64,000 nucleotides of DNA, taken from positions 29,840 to 93,839 of the forward strand of contig JAFVTI010000034.1 of NCBI GenBank assembly GCA_017503325.1, written 5' to 3'. The translations under genes and the position numbers were made by a program. This document shows positions 38,356 through 47,767 of the stretch, piece after piece. Source of the stretch: Clostridia bacterium. GTDB lineage: Bacteria; Bacillota; Clostridia; Oscillospirales; CAG-272. Under the pieces are notes generated by a model. The model worked only from the letters and a program-made list of their open reading frames with translations, searched no databases and was not told the DNA's origin. How positions within the stretch are numbered: the first letter of the stretch is position 1; the number at the start of each line of letters is the position of its first letter.

Positions 38356-39615
38356 TCAGTGTGTTTGGCAGAGCAGGTCAAGCTGCTCCCAGAAGGTGGG
38401 GTAGGATTTGGCCACCGCCTGTGCGCCCTCGATGGTAACGGGGGCTTGGCAGCCAAGCGCGGCAACCGCAGCGGTCATGGCGATGCGGTGGTCACCGTAT
38501 GCGTCCACAAAGCCGCCTGAAAGCGCGGGCTTGCCCACAATGACAAGACCGTCGTCGGTCTCTCGGACGTCTGCACCAAGAGCCGTCAGTACAGCCGTGG
38601 TGGTGGCAAGGCGGTCGGATTCCTTGATGCGAAGCCGTGCCGCCCCCGTAATGCGTGTCGTGCCCTCGGCTAAAGCGGCGGTTGCCGCGATCACGGGCAC
38701 GAGATCGGGAATGTTTGCCGCGTTCAGGGCAATGCCGCGTAATGGTGCGGGCGTGACCGTGATTGCGTTTTCGCGCACCTCGATTTGTGCACCCATATCC
38801 GAAAGCACCGACAAGATGGCCTTATCTCCTTGGCCGGATGCGGTATCAAGACCGGTCACGGTCAAGGGGTGCTTGCCCACAGCACCCATGCAAAGCCAGG
38901 GCGCTGCGCCCGACCAGTCGCCGCCCACGGTAAGCGTGCCGGGCGAGGTAAAGCGTGCGTGCGCGGGAATCGTCAGCACGCCGTCCTGCTCCCTGACCGC
39001 AATGCCAAAGGCGGCAAGGGCGGATAGCGTCATGTCAAGATAAGGGCGTGATTCGATCTTTCCGATCAAGCGGATGGTCGCGGGAGTATCGAGATCAAGC
39101 AGCGGGAGCGCGAAGAGCAGACCGCTGACAAATTGCGAGGAAATACCCCCGACAATGGAAAAATCGTTGCCGGAAATTTTGCCCGATACCTCCAAAGGGT
39201 TTGAACCTTTTGGAGAGAGAGTCGCGCCGTGCTCCGAGAGCAGCGTATCAAGAGGCGAGAGCGGGCGCGCGGGCAGCCTGCCGTGCAGGTGCAGCTGTGC
39301 TTTTGTGCCCAGCGCACAGATCACGGGCAAAAGAAAGCGCAGGGTAGAGCCGGATTCGCCGCAATCCATGGTGGCGGTGTCCGGGATATTCTTTATGGGT
39401 GTGACGTCAAAGCCGTCTTGCGTGCGCTCGATGGATGCACCCATCGCGCAAAGGCAGGAGATGGTGGCGTCAATGTCGTCGTTGGAGGCCGCGCACACAA
39501 TATGCGTGGGCATGTCTGCGAGGGCGGCGCAGATCAGGTATCTGTGCGCCTCGGACTTGGAAGGAAACGAGGGAAGCGTGCCGCGCGGTGCGGGGGTGTG
39601 AAGCGTTACTTGCAT
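38356..39615 (-). CDS. aroA: 3-phosphoshikimate 1-carboxyvinyltransferase
   Basis: PSKS-AHR, CGESGSTLRF, SSQFVSGLL, R-KESDR and DHRIAM. Confidence 0.97.
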   Translation of the reverse strand: MQVTLHTPAPRGTLPSFPSKSEAHRYLICAALADMPTHIVCAASNDDIDATISCLCAMGASIERTQDGFDVTPIKNIPDTATMDCGESGSTLRFLLPVICALGTKAQLHLHGRLPARPLSPLDTLLSEHGATLSPKGSNPLEVSGKISGNDFSIVGGISSQFVSGLLFALPLLDLDTPATIRLIGKIESRPYLDMTLSALAAFGIAVREQDGVLTIPAHARFTSPGTLTVGGDWSGAAPWLCMGAVGKHPLTVTGLDTASGQGDKAILSVLSDMGAQIEVRENAITVTPAPLRGIALNAANIPDLVPVIAATAALAEGTTRITGAARLRIKESDRLATTTAVLTALGADVRETDDGLVIVGKPALSGGFVDAYGDHRIAMTAAVAALGCQAPVTIEGAQAVAKSYPTFWEQLDLLCQTH

Positions 39616-39626
39616 AGCGCACCTCT

Positions 39627-40679
39627 TCAGGCAAGACCCTTGGCAAACCAAGTGCCAACGTCCGCAGCGGGAATTTTGCAAAGACGGCTGTCCCCGATGG
39701 CGTAAGGCACGACCAGCGTGATGCTGCCACCCGCGCGCTTTTTGTCGGAAAGCGCGGCCTTGGCCAACTCGTCTGCGCCGAAATCGCAGGAAACGGGCAA
39801 GCCGAGCTGCTTTGTCAAAGAGAGCAGCTCGTCAAGGTCAGCGGTAGGGCAAAGTCCCTGTGCCACGGCCGCACGCATGATGGTCACGGTGCCGATTGCT
39901 ACCGCAGAACCGTGCGAAATTTGGAAATTGGAGCATTTTTCAATCGCGTGCGCCACCGTATGCCCAAGGTTGAGCAGCTGGCGCATCCCGGTGTCAAATT
40001 CGTCCTTTTCCACCACGTCGCGCTTGTTTTGCACGCAGCGCGCGATGATCTGCTCGGATGCGGGCGAGATGCCGTCCTCCAGCATCGAGAAAAGCGCACG
40101 GTCGTTGATCACACCGTATTTGATCACCTCGGCGCAACTGTCCGCAAAGATCTCGGGCGGCAGAGACGAGAGCGTGTCGGGGTCACAGATCACAAGGCGG
40201 GGCTGATAGAATGCGCCCGCCAAATTTTTACCCGCGTCCAGATTGACCGCGGTCTTGCCGCCCACAGAGGAATCCACGCAGGCAAGCAGCGTGGTGGGAA
40301 TTTGCACAAAGGGAATGCCGCGCAAATAGACCGAGGCGCAAAAGCCGCAAAGGTCGCCTACCACGCCGCCGCCAAGCGCAAACATGGCGTCGGTACGCGT
40401 GTATTTGTGCTCTGCCAGGTGCTCAAGCAAGGCACCCAGCGTACCAAGCGATTTGGAGCCCTCGCCGTGCGGCACCACGTACACCTCGGGCACAAAGCCG
40501 GCTGCCGTCAAGGAGGCGGACAACGCGTTTGCATACAGGGGTGCTACGTGATCGTCGGTCAGGATCAGCGCACGGCAGGGGGAGAGCACCTCTTTTGTAA
40601 GCTCACCCGCGCGCGCAAACAGACCCTTGCCCACCAGCACGTCGTATTTTGTTGAAGCGTTTACTTGGATGGTGATCAT
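39627..40679 (-). CDS. aroB: 3-dehydroquinate synthase
   Basis: GGGVVGD, PTTLLA-VDSSVGGKT and LNLGHT. Confidence 0.97.
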   Translation of the reverse strand: MITIQVNASTKYDVLVGKGLFARAGELTKEVLSPCRALILTDDHVAPLYANALSASLTAAGFVPEVYVVPHGEGSKSLGTLGALLEHLAEHKYTRTDAMFALGGGVVGDLCGFCASVYLRGIPFVQIPTTLLACVDSSVGGKTAVNLDAGKNLAGAFYQPRLVICDPDTLSSLPPEIFADSCAEVIKYGVINDRALFSMLEDGISPASEQIIARCVQNKRDVVEKDEFDTGMRQLLNLGHTVAHAIEKCSNFQISHGSAVAIGTVTIMRAAVAQGLCPTADLDELLSLTKQLGLPVSCDFGADELAKAALSDKKRAGGSITLVVPYAIGDSRLCKIPAADVGTWFAKGLA

Positions 40680-41527
40680 TTGCTCGTCTTCCTTCCGTCA
40701 ATCTCTTCCTTAGCCACTCTGCCCTCGGCCAAAAGCTTTCGCAGGGTGTCTTTGTCTTTCGCCTCTATGGCGTCGCGGTATTCGGTCAGGGACGCGATCA
40801 AAGCGTCTATCTCATCAAGCAGGGGCTCGCTGTTTTGCAAAAAAAGCTCGCTCCACATATATTCGTTCAGCCATGCCACGCGGGTCATATCCTTGTAGCT
40901 GCCTGCCGAAAAGCCCTTGTGCGCGCGAGCGGTGGGGCTTTTGACGTAGGCGTTGGATACCACGTGTGCAAGCTGCGAGGTAAAGGCGATCATGCGGTCG
41001 TGCTCCTTGGCGGTGCTGACTGTAATCGAGCCAAATCCCATAGGGGAAAGCGTGTCCTTGACGCGGCCCAAGAGGGCAATGTCCTCGTAGGTGGGGGGCA
41101 CGATGACCATGGGCGCGCCCGCAAACATGTTGGCGCGTGTGTATTTGATGCCCGAATTGTGCGTGCCCGCCATGGGGTGGCCGCCCACAAAGCAAAAGCC
41201 GTATTGCTTTGCCAGGGAAAATCCAACCTCACACACCTGCTCCTTGACGCCGCAAAGATCCATGAGGATACAGTCCTTGGAGAGCAAGGGGGCGATTTGC
41301 TGCATGTATGCAACAGAGGCATCGGGGTAGAGTGCGACCAAGACAAGGTCGCATTCGGGCAGCGTTGTCTCGTCCAAGGTGGCGTCGATCATGCCCGAGA
41401 GCAGCGCGTAGCTTTGCGAGGTGGGGTCTTTGTCATAGCCCAGAACGCGGATTTCGGGCGCGTTTTGTTTATAAGCCTTGGCGGCAGATCCGCCGATCAG
41501 TCCAAGGCCGCAGATTCCAACTGTCAT
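40676..41527 (-). CDS. tyrA: Prephenate dehydrogenase
   Basis: GLGLIGGS, GGHPMAG, HD--IA-TSQL-H and D-TRVA. Confidence 0.93.
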   Translation of the reverse strand: MTVGICGLGLIGGSAAKAYKQNAPEIRVLGYDKDPTSQSYALLSGMIDATLDETTLPECDLVLVALYPDASVAYMQQIAPLLSKDCILMDLCGVKEQVCEVGFSLAKQYGFCFVGGHPMAGTHNSGIKYTRANMFAGAPMVIVPPTYEDIALLGRVKDTLSPMGFGSITVSTAKEHDRMIAFTSQLAHVVSNAYVKSPTARAHKGFSAGSYKDMTRVAWLNEYMWSELFLQNSEPLLDEIDALIASLTEYRDAIEAKDKDTLRKLLAEGRVAKEEIDGRKTSK

Positions 41528-41542
41528 AAAGGGGCTCCTTGA

Positions 41543-42556
41543 TCAGTGCTCGATATCGGTAATGGCGTCCAGCACAAGGCGTACGTGACGCATGGTCTTG
41601 TCAAATTGCTCGGGGGTCAGCGATTGCGCACCGTCGCACATGGCATGCACGGGATCGTTGTGCACCTCAATCATCAGTCCGTCCGCGCCTGCGGCAGCGG
41701 CAGCCAATGCCATGGGCTCAACAAGCTTTGCAGAGCCGGTTGCGTGGCTGGGGTCTACGATCACGGGTAGGTGAGAAAGCTCGTGCAGCACGGGCACGGC
41801 CGAGAGATCCAGCGTATTGCGCGTATAGGTCTCAAAGGTGCGGATGCCGCGTTCACAGAGAATCACGTTTTCATTGCCGCCTGCCATGATGTATTCGGCA
41901 GACATGAGAAACTCCTTGAGCGTAGCCGCAAGACCGCGCTTGAGCAGGATTGTCTTTTGCGTTTTGCCAAGCTCCTTGAGCAGCTCAAAATTCTGCATGT
42001 TGCGCGCGCCCACCTGAATCACGTCCACCTCTTCAAACATGGGCAGGTGGTTTGCGTTCATGATTTCGGAAACAATGGGGAGTCCGGTCTCACGCTTTGC
42101 GTGCAGCAAGATCTCAATGCCGTCCGCCTTGAGTCCCTGGAAATCGTAAGGAGAGGTGCGGGGCTTGAAAGCACCGCCGCGCAGCATGGTCGCACCGCTT
42201 TGCTTGACCGCACGTGCAATCTCTGCCACCTGCTCCTCGCTCTCCACCGAGCAAGGGCCTGCGATCACGGCAAAGTGGCCGTCACCCACCAGGGTGTCGC
42301 CCGCACGGATGACGCTGTTGTCGGGGTGGAATTTTCTGTTGGCACTCTTGAAGGGCTCGCTGATCCGCTTGACCGTCTCCACGTAGGAAAGGCTGCCCAA
42401 AAGATCCTCGTCAATGCGTGTGGTATCGCCCACAAGACCCACGATGGTCTGGTATCGACCGGTCGAGAGGTGAACGGTCAGCCCCTGGGAGCGGATCCAG
42501 TCGGCAAGGCTTTGGATTTGTTGTTCGGTAGCACCCGGTTTCAAAACGGCAATCAT
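41543..42556 (-). CDS. aroF: DAHP synthase (type I-beta)
   Basis: [25 protein letters not shown] and DPSHATG. Confidence 0.97.
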   Translation of the reverse strand: MIAVLKPGATEQQIQSLADWIRSQGLTVHLSTGRYQTIVGLVGDTTRIDEDLLGSLSYVETVKRISEPFKSANRKFHPDNSVIRAGDTLVGDGHFAVIAGPCSVESEEQVAEIARAVKQSGATMLRGGAFKPRTSPYDFQGLKADGIEILLHAKRETGLPIVSEIMNANHLPMFEEVDVIQVGARNMQNFELLKELGKTQKTILLKRGLAATLKEFLMSAEYIMAGGNENVILCERGIRTFETYTRNTLDLSAVPVLHELSHLPVIVDPSHATGSAKLVEPMALAAAAAGADGLMIEVHNDPVHAMCDGAQSLTPEQFDKTMRHVRLVLDAITDIEH

Positions 42557-42593
42557 GGTAAGAGTCCTCCTTGGAAATGGTCTGCAAGATCAG

Positions 42594-42667
42594 AAAATAA
42601 AAAATACCGCAGCTTTTACTGCGGCGTGTCAGATTTTACATAAAAAACGAATGACATGGCAGCAAAA
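42594..42667 (-). terminator. Attenuator: terminator with overlapping antiterminator
   Basis: Terminator CCGCAG-TAAAAG-CTGCGG plus U-rich tract (42624-42594); alternative pairing TTTTGCTGC(42667-42659)/GCAGTAAAA(42622-42614). Confidence 0.75.
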
Positions 42668-42677
42668 ATCACCTTTA

Positions 42678-42734
42678 TTATCCGGCGTAGGCGTAATAAA
42701 GGAAGATATCGCTGTTTGCAAACGCGTGTTTCAT
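42678..42734 (-). CDS. Putative aro operon leader peptide MKHAFANSDIFLYYAYAG
   Basis: AAGGAG RBS; 18 codons with F-L-Y-Y-A-Y near the end; tandem TAA stops. Confidence 0.8.
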   Translation of the reverse strand: MKHAFANSDIFLYYAYAG

Positions 42735-42762
42735 GCAAATTCTCCTTATATTTTATACGATA

Positions 42763-42791
42763 AGTGTAGCACGCGCGGGGGCTTTTGTCAA
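42763..42791 (-). promoter_or_regulatory. sigmaA promoter of the aro operon
   Basis: TTGACA-17bp-TACACT with TG upstream of the -10. Confidence 0.7.
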
Positions 42792-42913
42792 GGGCGTTGG
42801 AGAAATTTCTTGCGTTTTTGTAGACAAAGCAAGCAATTTCTGTTATAATAAGACTATGGACAATCAAATTTTGAACGGATCATCCCAAAAAGAGATGGGA
42901 GCGGGAGGAATCT

Positions 42914-43612
42914 ATGTTTTATACCGCAATTTGTGACGACGAATCGGTCTTTTCCGAAAAGGCCAAGGCGTTGATCGACCAAATCCTTGACGAAAAGGGC
43001 ATTACGCACCGTACCGATTGCTTTTCTTCCACCGATGAATTGCAGGCGGCCATGCGCAAGTGCGACTATGCGCTGCTGCTTCTGGATATCGTCATGGATA
43101 AGCAAACGGGGTTGGAGTTTGCCACCGAGCTGCGCCGTGCGGGCAGCCGCGTCAATATTATTTTTATGACCTCCAGTGCAGAGTTTGCCCTGGATGCATA
43201 CGAGGTGTACCCCTTGACCTATCTTACCAAGCCGGTTGACCCCATCAAGCTGCGCAGAGCTTTGCAGATGTGCCTGGAAAAGATGGAAAAGCAGCCAGGA
43301 CTTGTCATCAACGACCGCAAGCTTGGGCAGGTCATGGTGGAATACGACGACATTCTGTACCTGGAGAGTCAGAAGCACGATATCGTGGTGTACGCCCGCG
43401 ACGGCCAGCAGTATACCTTTATGGGCAGCTTTGAGGCGTTTTGCGAAAAGCTGCCGACCGATATCTTTTTCCGTTGCCATCGCTCGTACAGCGTCAATCT
43501 GCGGCATACCGGCCGTATCAGCAACCGTGAGTATACCATGCGCAACGGGGCCGTGATCCCCATCTCGCGCACGCAGTATAAGCTGGCGTGTGACAAATTT
43601 GCAGGACTTTAG
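42914..43612 (+). CDS. LytTR family response regulator
   Basis: AICDDE, LLLDI-M, YLTKPV and FFRCHRSY-VNL. Confidence 0.93.
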   Translation: MFYTAICDDESVFSEKAKALIDQILDEKGITHRTDCFSSTDELQAAMRKCDYALLLLDIVMDKQTGLEFATELRRAGSRVNIIFMTSSAEFALDAYEVYPLTYLTKPVDPIKLRRALQMCLEKMEKQPGLVINDRKLGQVMVEYDDILYLESQKHDIVVYARDGQQYTFMGSFEAFCEKLPTDIFFRCHRSYSVNLRHTGRISNREYTMRNGAVIPISRTQYKLACDKFAGL

Positions 43613-43765
43613 CGTGAAAGTTCACGTTATATTCCTTTATACGCAACCATTCACGCATAAACTTCACCTAAAAATGGGTCTCGGCCCATTTTTGGAGCAA
43701 AGCTCCACGGTGAAGTTTCCATCACTATTTGAGCCGCCAAAGGCGGCATGGAGATTGACATGAGC
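43610..43765 (+). mobile_element. 156-bp structured intergenic element (family E), copy 2
   Basis: Matches copy 1; begins with the LytTR stop codon TAG and ends with GGAG-ATTGAC-ATGAGC of mutY. Confidence 0.75.
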
Positions 43766-44818
43766 TTGCCCAAATCAATGGTGCAGCCGCTGCTGATCTG
43801 GTATGCAGAGAACGCGCGAAAGCTGCCCTGGAGACAAGATATTACTCCGTATCGCGTATGGATTTCGGAGATCATGCTGCAGCAGACGCGCGTGGAGGCG
43901 GTTAAGCCGTATTTTGAACGCTTTATGCGCGAGCTGCCTGACGTCAAGTCCTTGGCAGAGGTGCCCGAGGAGCGGTTGCTCAAGCTGTGGGAGGGGCTGG
44001 GATACTACAGCCGCGCCCGCAATCTGCAAAAGGCGGCAAGGCAGGTGTGCGCCGAGTACGGCGGGGAATTGCCCACAGACCCCGCGCAGCTGCAAAGGCT
44101 TTGCGGCATTGGCGCGTATACCGCAGGCGCGATTGCGTCGATCGCGTTTGGCCGCAGGGCCCCCGCGGTGGACGGCAACGTCATGCGCGTCTGGGCAAGA
44201 CTGACGGCCGATGGGCGCGATATTCTGCAGCCCGCCGTGCAAAAAGATGCAAGAGAGGACGTGGCTGCCATCATTCCCGCAGATCAGGCAGGGGATTTTA
44301 CCCAGGCAATGATCGAGCTTGGCGCAACCGTCTGCGTGCCCGCAGGGGAGGCAAAGTGCGGCGTGTGCCCCTTGCAGGCGTTTTGCAAGGCTTTGTCCGA
44401 GGGCATGGTGGACGAGCTGCCCGTCAGATCCAAGGCAAAGGCCCGCAAGCGCATCGATATGACCGTGCTTCTCATCCACGACGGCAAGCACGTGCTGCTG
44501 CATAAAAGACCGGACACGGGGCTTTTGGCGGGTATGTACGAGTTTTATCAGACCGAGGGTGTCATGGATGCGGCGATGGCCGCGCAGCACGCAGGCGAGA
44601 TGGGATTTGAGGTGCAAGAGGTCAGCGAGCAAATTGCGGCAAAGCATATTTTTACGCACCTTGAATGGCACATGACGGGATATGCCGTGCGCGTGGCAAG
44701 CGTTGATACAGCGCCCGCGCATCTTTGTGCCGCCACAAAGGGAGAGATGGGCAGCACCTATCCCATTCCCGGTGCGCACCGTGTCTATCGGGAAAGAGCA
44801 GAGCAATTATTGAATTGA
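43760..44818 (+). CDS. mutY: A/G-specific adenine glycosylase
   Basis: WISEIMLQQTRV, WEGLGYYSRARNL, GIG-YTAGAIASIAF, VDGNV and C-x6-C-x2-C-x5-C. Confidence 0.96.
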   Translation: MSLPKSMVQPLLIWYAENARKLPWRQDITPYRVWISEIMLQQTRVEAVKPYFERFMRELPDVKSLAEVPEERLLKLWEGLGYYSRARNLQKAARQVCAEYGGELPTDPAQLQRLCGIGAYTAGAIASIAFGRRAPAVDGNVMRVWARLTADGRDILQPAVQKDAREDVAAIIPADQAGDFTQAMIELGATVCVPAGEAKCGVCPLQAFCKALSEGMVDELPVRSKAKARKRIDMTVLLIHDGKHVLLHKRPDTGLLAGMYEFYQTEGVMDAAMAAQHAGEMGFEVQEVSEQIAAKHIFTHLEWHMTGYAVRVASVDTAPAHLCAATKGEMGSTYPIPGAHRVYRERAEQLLN

Positions 44819-44971
44819 TTGACAGTCAAGAACCGGACGGATTTCCGCCCGGTTTTTGCGTATAGCGAAACAAAATCAAAAAAGACATGTTGCATTTGGT
44901 GTATTTGAGTGCTATAATATAGATATACTGTACGTTATGCCGTGAATTTTGAGAAGGTGAGGTGTTTCCTT

Positions 44972-46450
44972 ATGATTCGAATTCCCGTGTTTCCCGTAGG
45001 GCAGCAGGAATATGAGGGCTGCAGCGTAAGCGTCAATCAAAGAAAGGTCAAGCCGTACTGCGCGCGCGTATCGGCCATGCCGTTCAATCGCGCCTGGCCC
45101 GGGCATCAGCGTCCCTTGGAGCAGACCGAGACGGCCGGCTTTCTGTCCTTTGAAGCAGACGAGCAGGTCGAGGTCAGCGTCAGCTTCCCGGTTGCACCCT
45201 CGCACGTCATTGTGCGCCCGCTCTCTCGCGGTGTCAGCGCGCAGATCGAGGGTGAAAATGTCACCTTTACCTTGCCGGGCTGTGGGCAATACACGGTCGA
45301 GGCGGACGGACACCATCATGCGCTGCATATTTTTGTCAATCCCATCAGGGAGACCGACGGCCTGCGCACCACCTATCGCTTTGCGGGCGGTGAGCATCAT
45401 ATCGGCTCGATCGAGCTGACAGATAACGACACGGTTTATATCGACTCGGGGGCGGTGGTATACGGCTCGTTTTACGCCATTTGTGCCGAGAATATCCGCA
45501 TCTTAGGCCACGGCATCATTGACGGTAGCCGCGAGGAAAGAGGAGACGACACCTCGCTTCTGGCCTGTGATTACGAAAAGCCCATCCCGCGTGACAGCCA
45601 GGGCATTCGCGCATTTATGCACGCGCACCGCGTGCTGCGCGGCAATCTGCGCTTTTACAGATGCAAGAACGTGCACGTCGAGGGCGTCGTATGCCGCGAC
45701 AGCGCGTCGTTTTCCATCATTGCCGCGGGCTGCGAGAACGTCACGTTTGATAACGTCAAGTGCATCGGCATGTGGCGATATAATTCGGACGGCATCGATC
45801 TGTTCAATTGCTCCAACGTCAGCGTAAAGAATTGCTTCTTGCGCAACTTTGACGATTGTATGGTCATCAAGGGCATTTGCGGCTGGGATGACGCATGCAA
45901 CCGCAATATCACGGTAGAGAGATGCGTGCTTTGGTGCGACTGGGGCAGGGCACTTGAGATTGGTGCCGAGACCAACGCCCCTGCGTTTTATCATATCCTG
46001 TTCTCGGATTGCGACGTCATCCACGGCTCTACCATTCAGCTGGACATCCAGCATCATAACCGTGCCGAGATCCACCACGTGACCTTTGAAAATATTCGCG
46101 TGGAGTACACGCAGTATCAGCAAAGTGACCTGCATCAGCAAACAGAGGAGCAGGAATATCGCAGCACAGGGCAGCAGCCCGTGCTTCTCAACGTCGCGCT
46201 CTACGACATGGGACTGTTTGCCAAGGACGGCCTGCACGGCTGCGTGCACGACGTCGTATTCAAAAATATTTACGTGCTGACCGACGCGCCTATGCCTATG
46301 CCGTGCTCGATCTTCCGAGGCCTTGACGAGGCGCACGGCGTGCGGAATATCCGCATCGAGGGCTTGTATTTCAATGGTGAGCGATTGGAATCCCACGAGG
46401 CGGCCAATTTCGTGATCGGGGAGTTTGCACAGAACGTGCAGCTGATCTGA
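44972..46450 (+). CDS. Pectin lyase-fold glycoside hydrolase (GH28-like)
   Basis: I-G-GIIDG, NSDGID, DDC-VIK and parallel beta-helix repeats. Confidence 0.8.
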   Translation: MIRIPVFPVGQQEYEGCSVSVNQRKVKPYCARVSAMPFNRAWPGHQRPLEQTETAGFLSFEADEQVEVSVSFPVAPSHVIVRPLSRGVSAQIEGENVTFTLPGCGQYTVEADGHHHALHIFVNPIRETDGLRTTYRFAGGEHHIGSIELTDNDTVYIDSGAVVYGSFYAICAENIRILGHGIIDGSREERGDDTSLLACDYEKPIPRDSQGIRAFMHAHRVLRGNLRFYRCKNVHVEGVVCRDSASFSIIAAGCENVTFDNVKCIGMWRYNSDGIDLFNCSNVSVKNCFLRNFDDCMVIKGICGWDDACNRNITVERCVLWCDWGRALEIGAETNAPAFYHILFSDCDVIHGSTIQLDIQHHNRAEIHHVTFENIRVEYTQYQQSDLHQQTEEQEYRSTGQQPVLLNVALYDMGLFAKDGLHGCVHDVVFKNIYVLTDAPMPMPCSIFRGLDEAHGVRNIRIEGLYFNGERLESHEAANFVIGEFAQNVQLI

Positions 46451-46473
46451 TCTGTACCCAAGGAGAATGAATC

Positions 46474-47460
46474 ATGAATGCATTTCATTATACCCTGATC
46501 GGCGCGGGCGTGCTGGTCGGTGCTGCGGCAATCACCGCGGCAGTCGCTGCGCCGTATATCCATAAGCTGTTCAAACAGTCGTTTGGACGCAGCGATCCGT
46601 CACCGGATCATCAAAGCAGATTTTTGGAGGGACTTCGCCAAAAGGGCTTTGATAAGCAGGTGGAGATCGTCAAGCACGGCTGGGCTGCTCTGGATGCTGC
46701 CGAGCATGAGAAGGTGTATATCACCTCGCACGATGGCCACAGGCTTTGCGCCAAGCTGTTCGCGCCCGAAAATCCCCGCGCAACCGTGATCTTGGTGCAC
46801 GGATACCACAGCAAGGGCGAGATGGATTTCGGCTGCGTGTTTGATTTTTACGCACAGAGGAATATCGCGATGCTGATCATTTATCAGCGTGCACACGGCG
46901 AGAGCGAGGGCGATTATCTGACCTTTGGCGCAAAGGAGCGCTTTGACGTGCGCGATTGGGCCAAGTACATAGCAGAAAGATACGGAGAGGATCACAGCAT
47001 CATATTGGACGGCGTTTCCATGGGCTGCTCCACCGTGCTGCTTGCCTCCTGCCTGCCCGATCTGCCGCCTCAGGTCAAGGCAGTCATCGGCGATTGCGGC
47101 TATGCATCTGCCAAGGATCAGATCGCGCAGGTGCTGCGCAGTGATTTCAAGCTGCCCGTGCCCATCGTGCTTCCCGCGGCCAGCCTGCTGTGCCGCATGT
47201 ACGGCGGTGCGTTCCTTGGTGACGCGGAGGTGGAAAGGGAGCTTGGACACGCCAAGCTTCCCACGCTGTTTGCGCACGGCGCGGCGGATGATTTCGTGCT
47301 GCCCTCCAATTCCGAGCGCAACTTTGCCGCCTGCACCTCGGAATACAAAAGACTTTGCATTTTCGAGGGCTCACCCCACGGCATGAGCTATCTTGACCAC
47401 AAAGAGGAATACGAAAAGGAAATCACCGCGCTTTTGCAGCACGCGGGGATTTTGGAATAA
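46474..47460 (+). CDS. Alpha/beta hydrolase with N-terminal membrane anchor
   Basis: VILVHGY, RAHGESEG, GVSMG, HG-ADDFV and catalytic His in PHG. Confidence 0.9.
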   Translation: MNAFHYTLIGAGVLVGAAAITAAVAAPYIHKLFKQSFGRSDPSPDHQSRFLEGLRQKGFDKQVEIVKHGWAALDAAEHEKVYITSHDGHRLCAKLFAPENPRATVILVHGYHSKGEMDFGCVFDFYAQRNIAMLIIYQRAHGESEGDYLTFGAKERFDVRDWAKYIAERYGEDHSIILDGVSMGCSTVLLASCLPDLPPQVKAVIGDCGYASAKDQIAQVLRSDFKLPVPIVLPAASLLCRMYGGAFLGDAEVERELGHAKLPTLFAHGAADDFVLPSNSERNFAACTSEYKRLCIFEGSPHGMSYLDHKEEYEKEITALLQHAGILE

Positions 47461-47564
47461 ATAAAAAGCGCAGCCCCATCGGGATGGGGAATAAGCGGAG
47501 AAATGGGTATGAATCAGCCTCGTTTCTGTCAAAACAATTAACCGAGATACGCATAAAAACAGCG

Positions 47565-47668
47565 GTAGGGGGCGACGTCCCCGACGCCCCGCCCTACATA
47601 AACAACTCTATTTGTAATGCAATAAGTTCTATGTGCCTGTTCGGGGCGTCGAGGACGTCGCCCCCTAC
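47565..47668. repeat. REPIN-like inverted pair of GTAG-type REPs
   Basis: GTAGGGGGCGACGTCCCCGACGCCCCG ... CGGGGCGTCGAGGACGTCGCCCCCTAC with an AT-rich spacer of about 50 bp. Confidence 0.8.
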
Positions 47669-47767
47669 GGTTGATCCTTTTCAGGCGAGAAAAACGAACA
47701 CGGAGATTGATTTTGTTCAATCTCCGTGTTATTCTTTCGCTAATTTATCAGCCCCATCGGGCTTTTT

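Noticed and set aside
42557-42760. T-box riboswitch upstream of aroF
   Set aside because: No T-box consensus or stem I; the leader-peptide model explains the region better.
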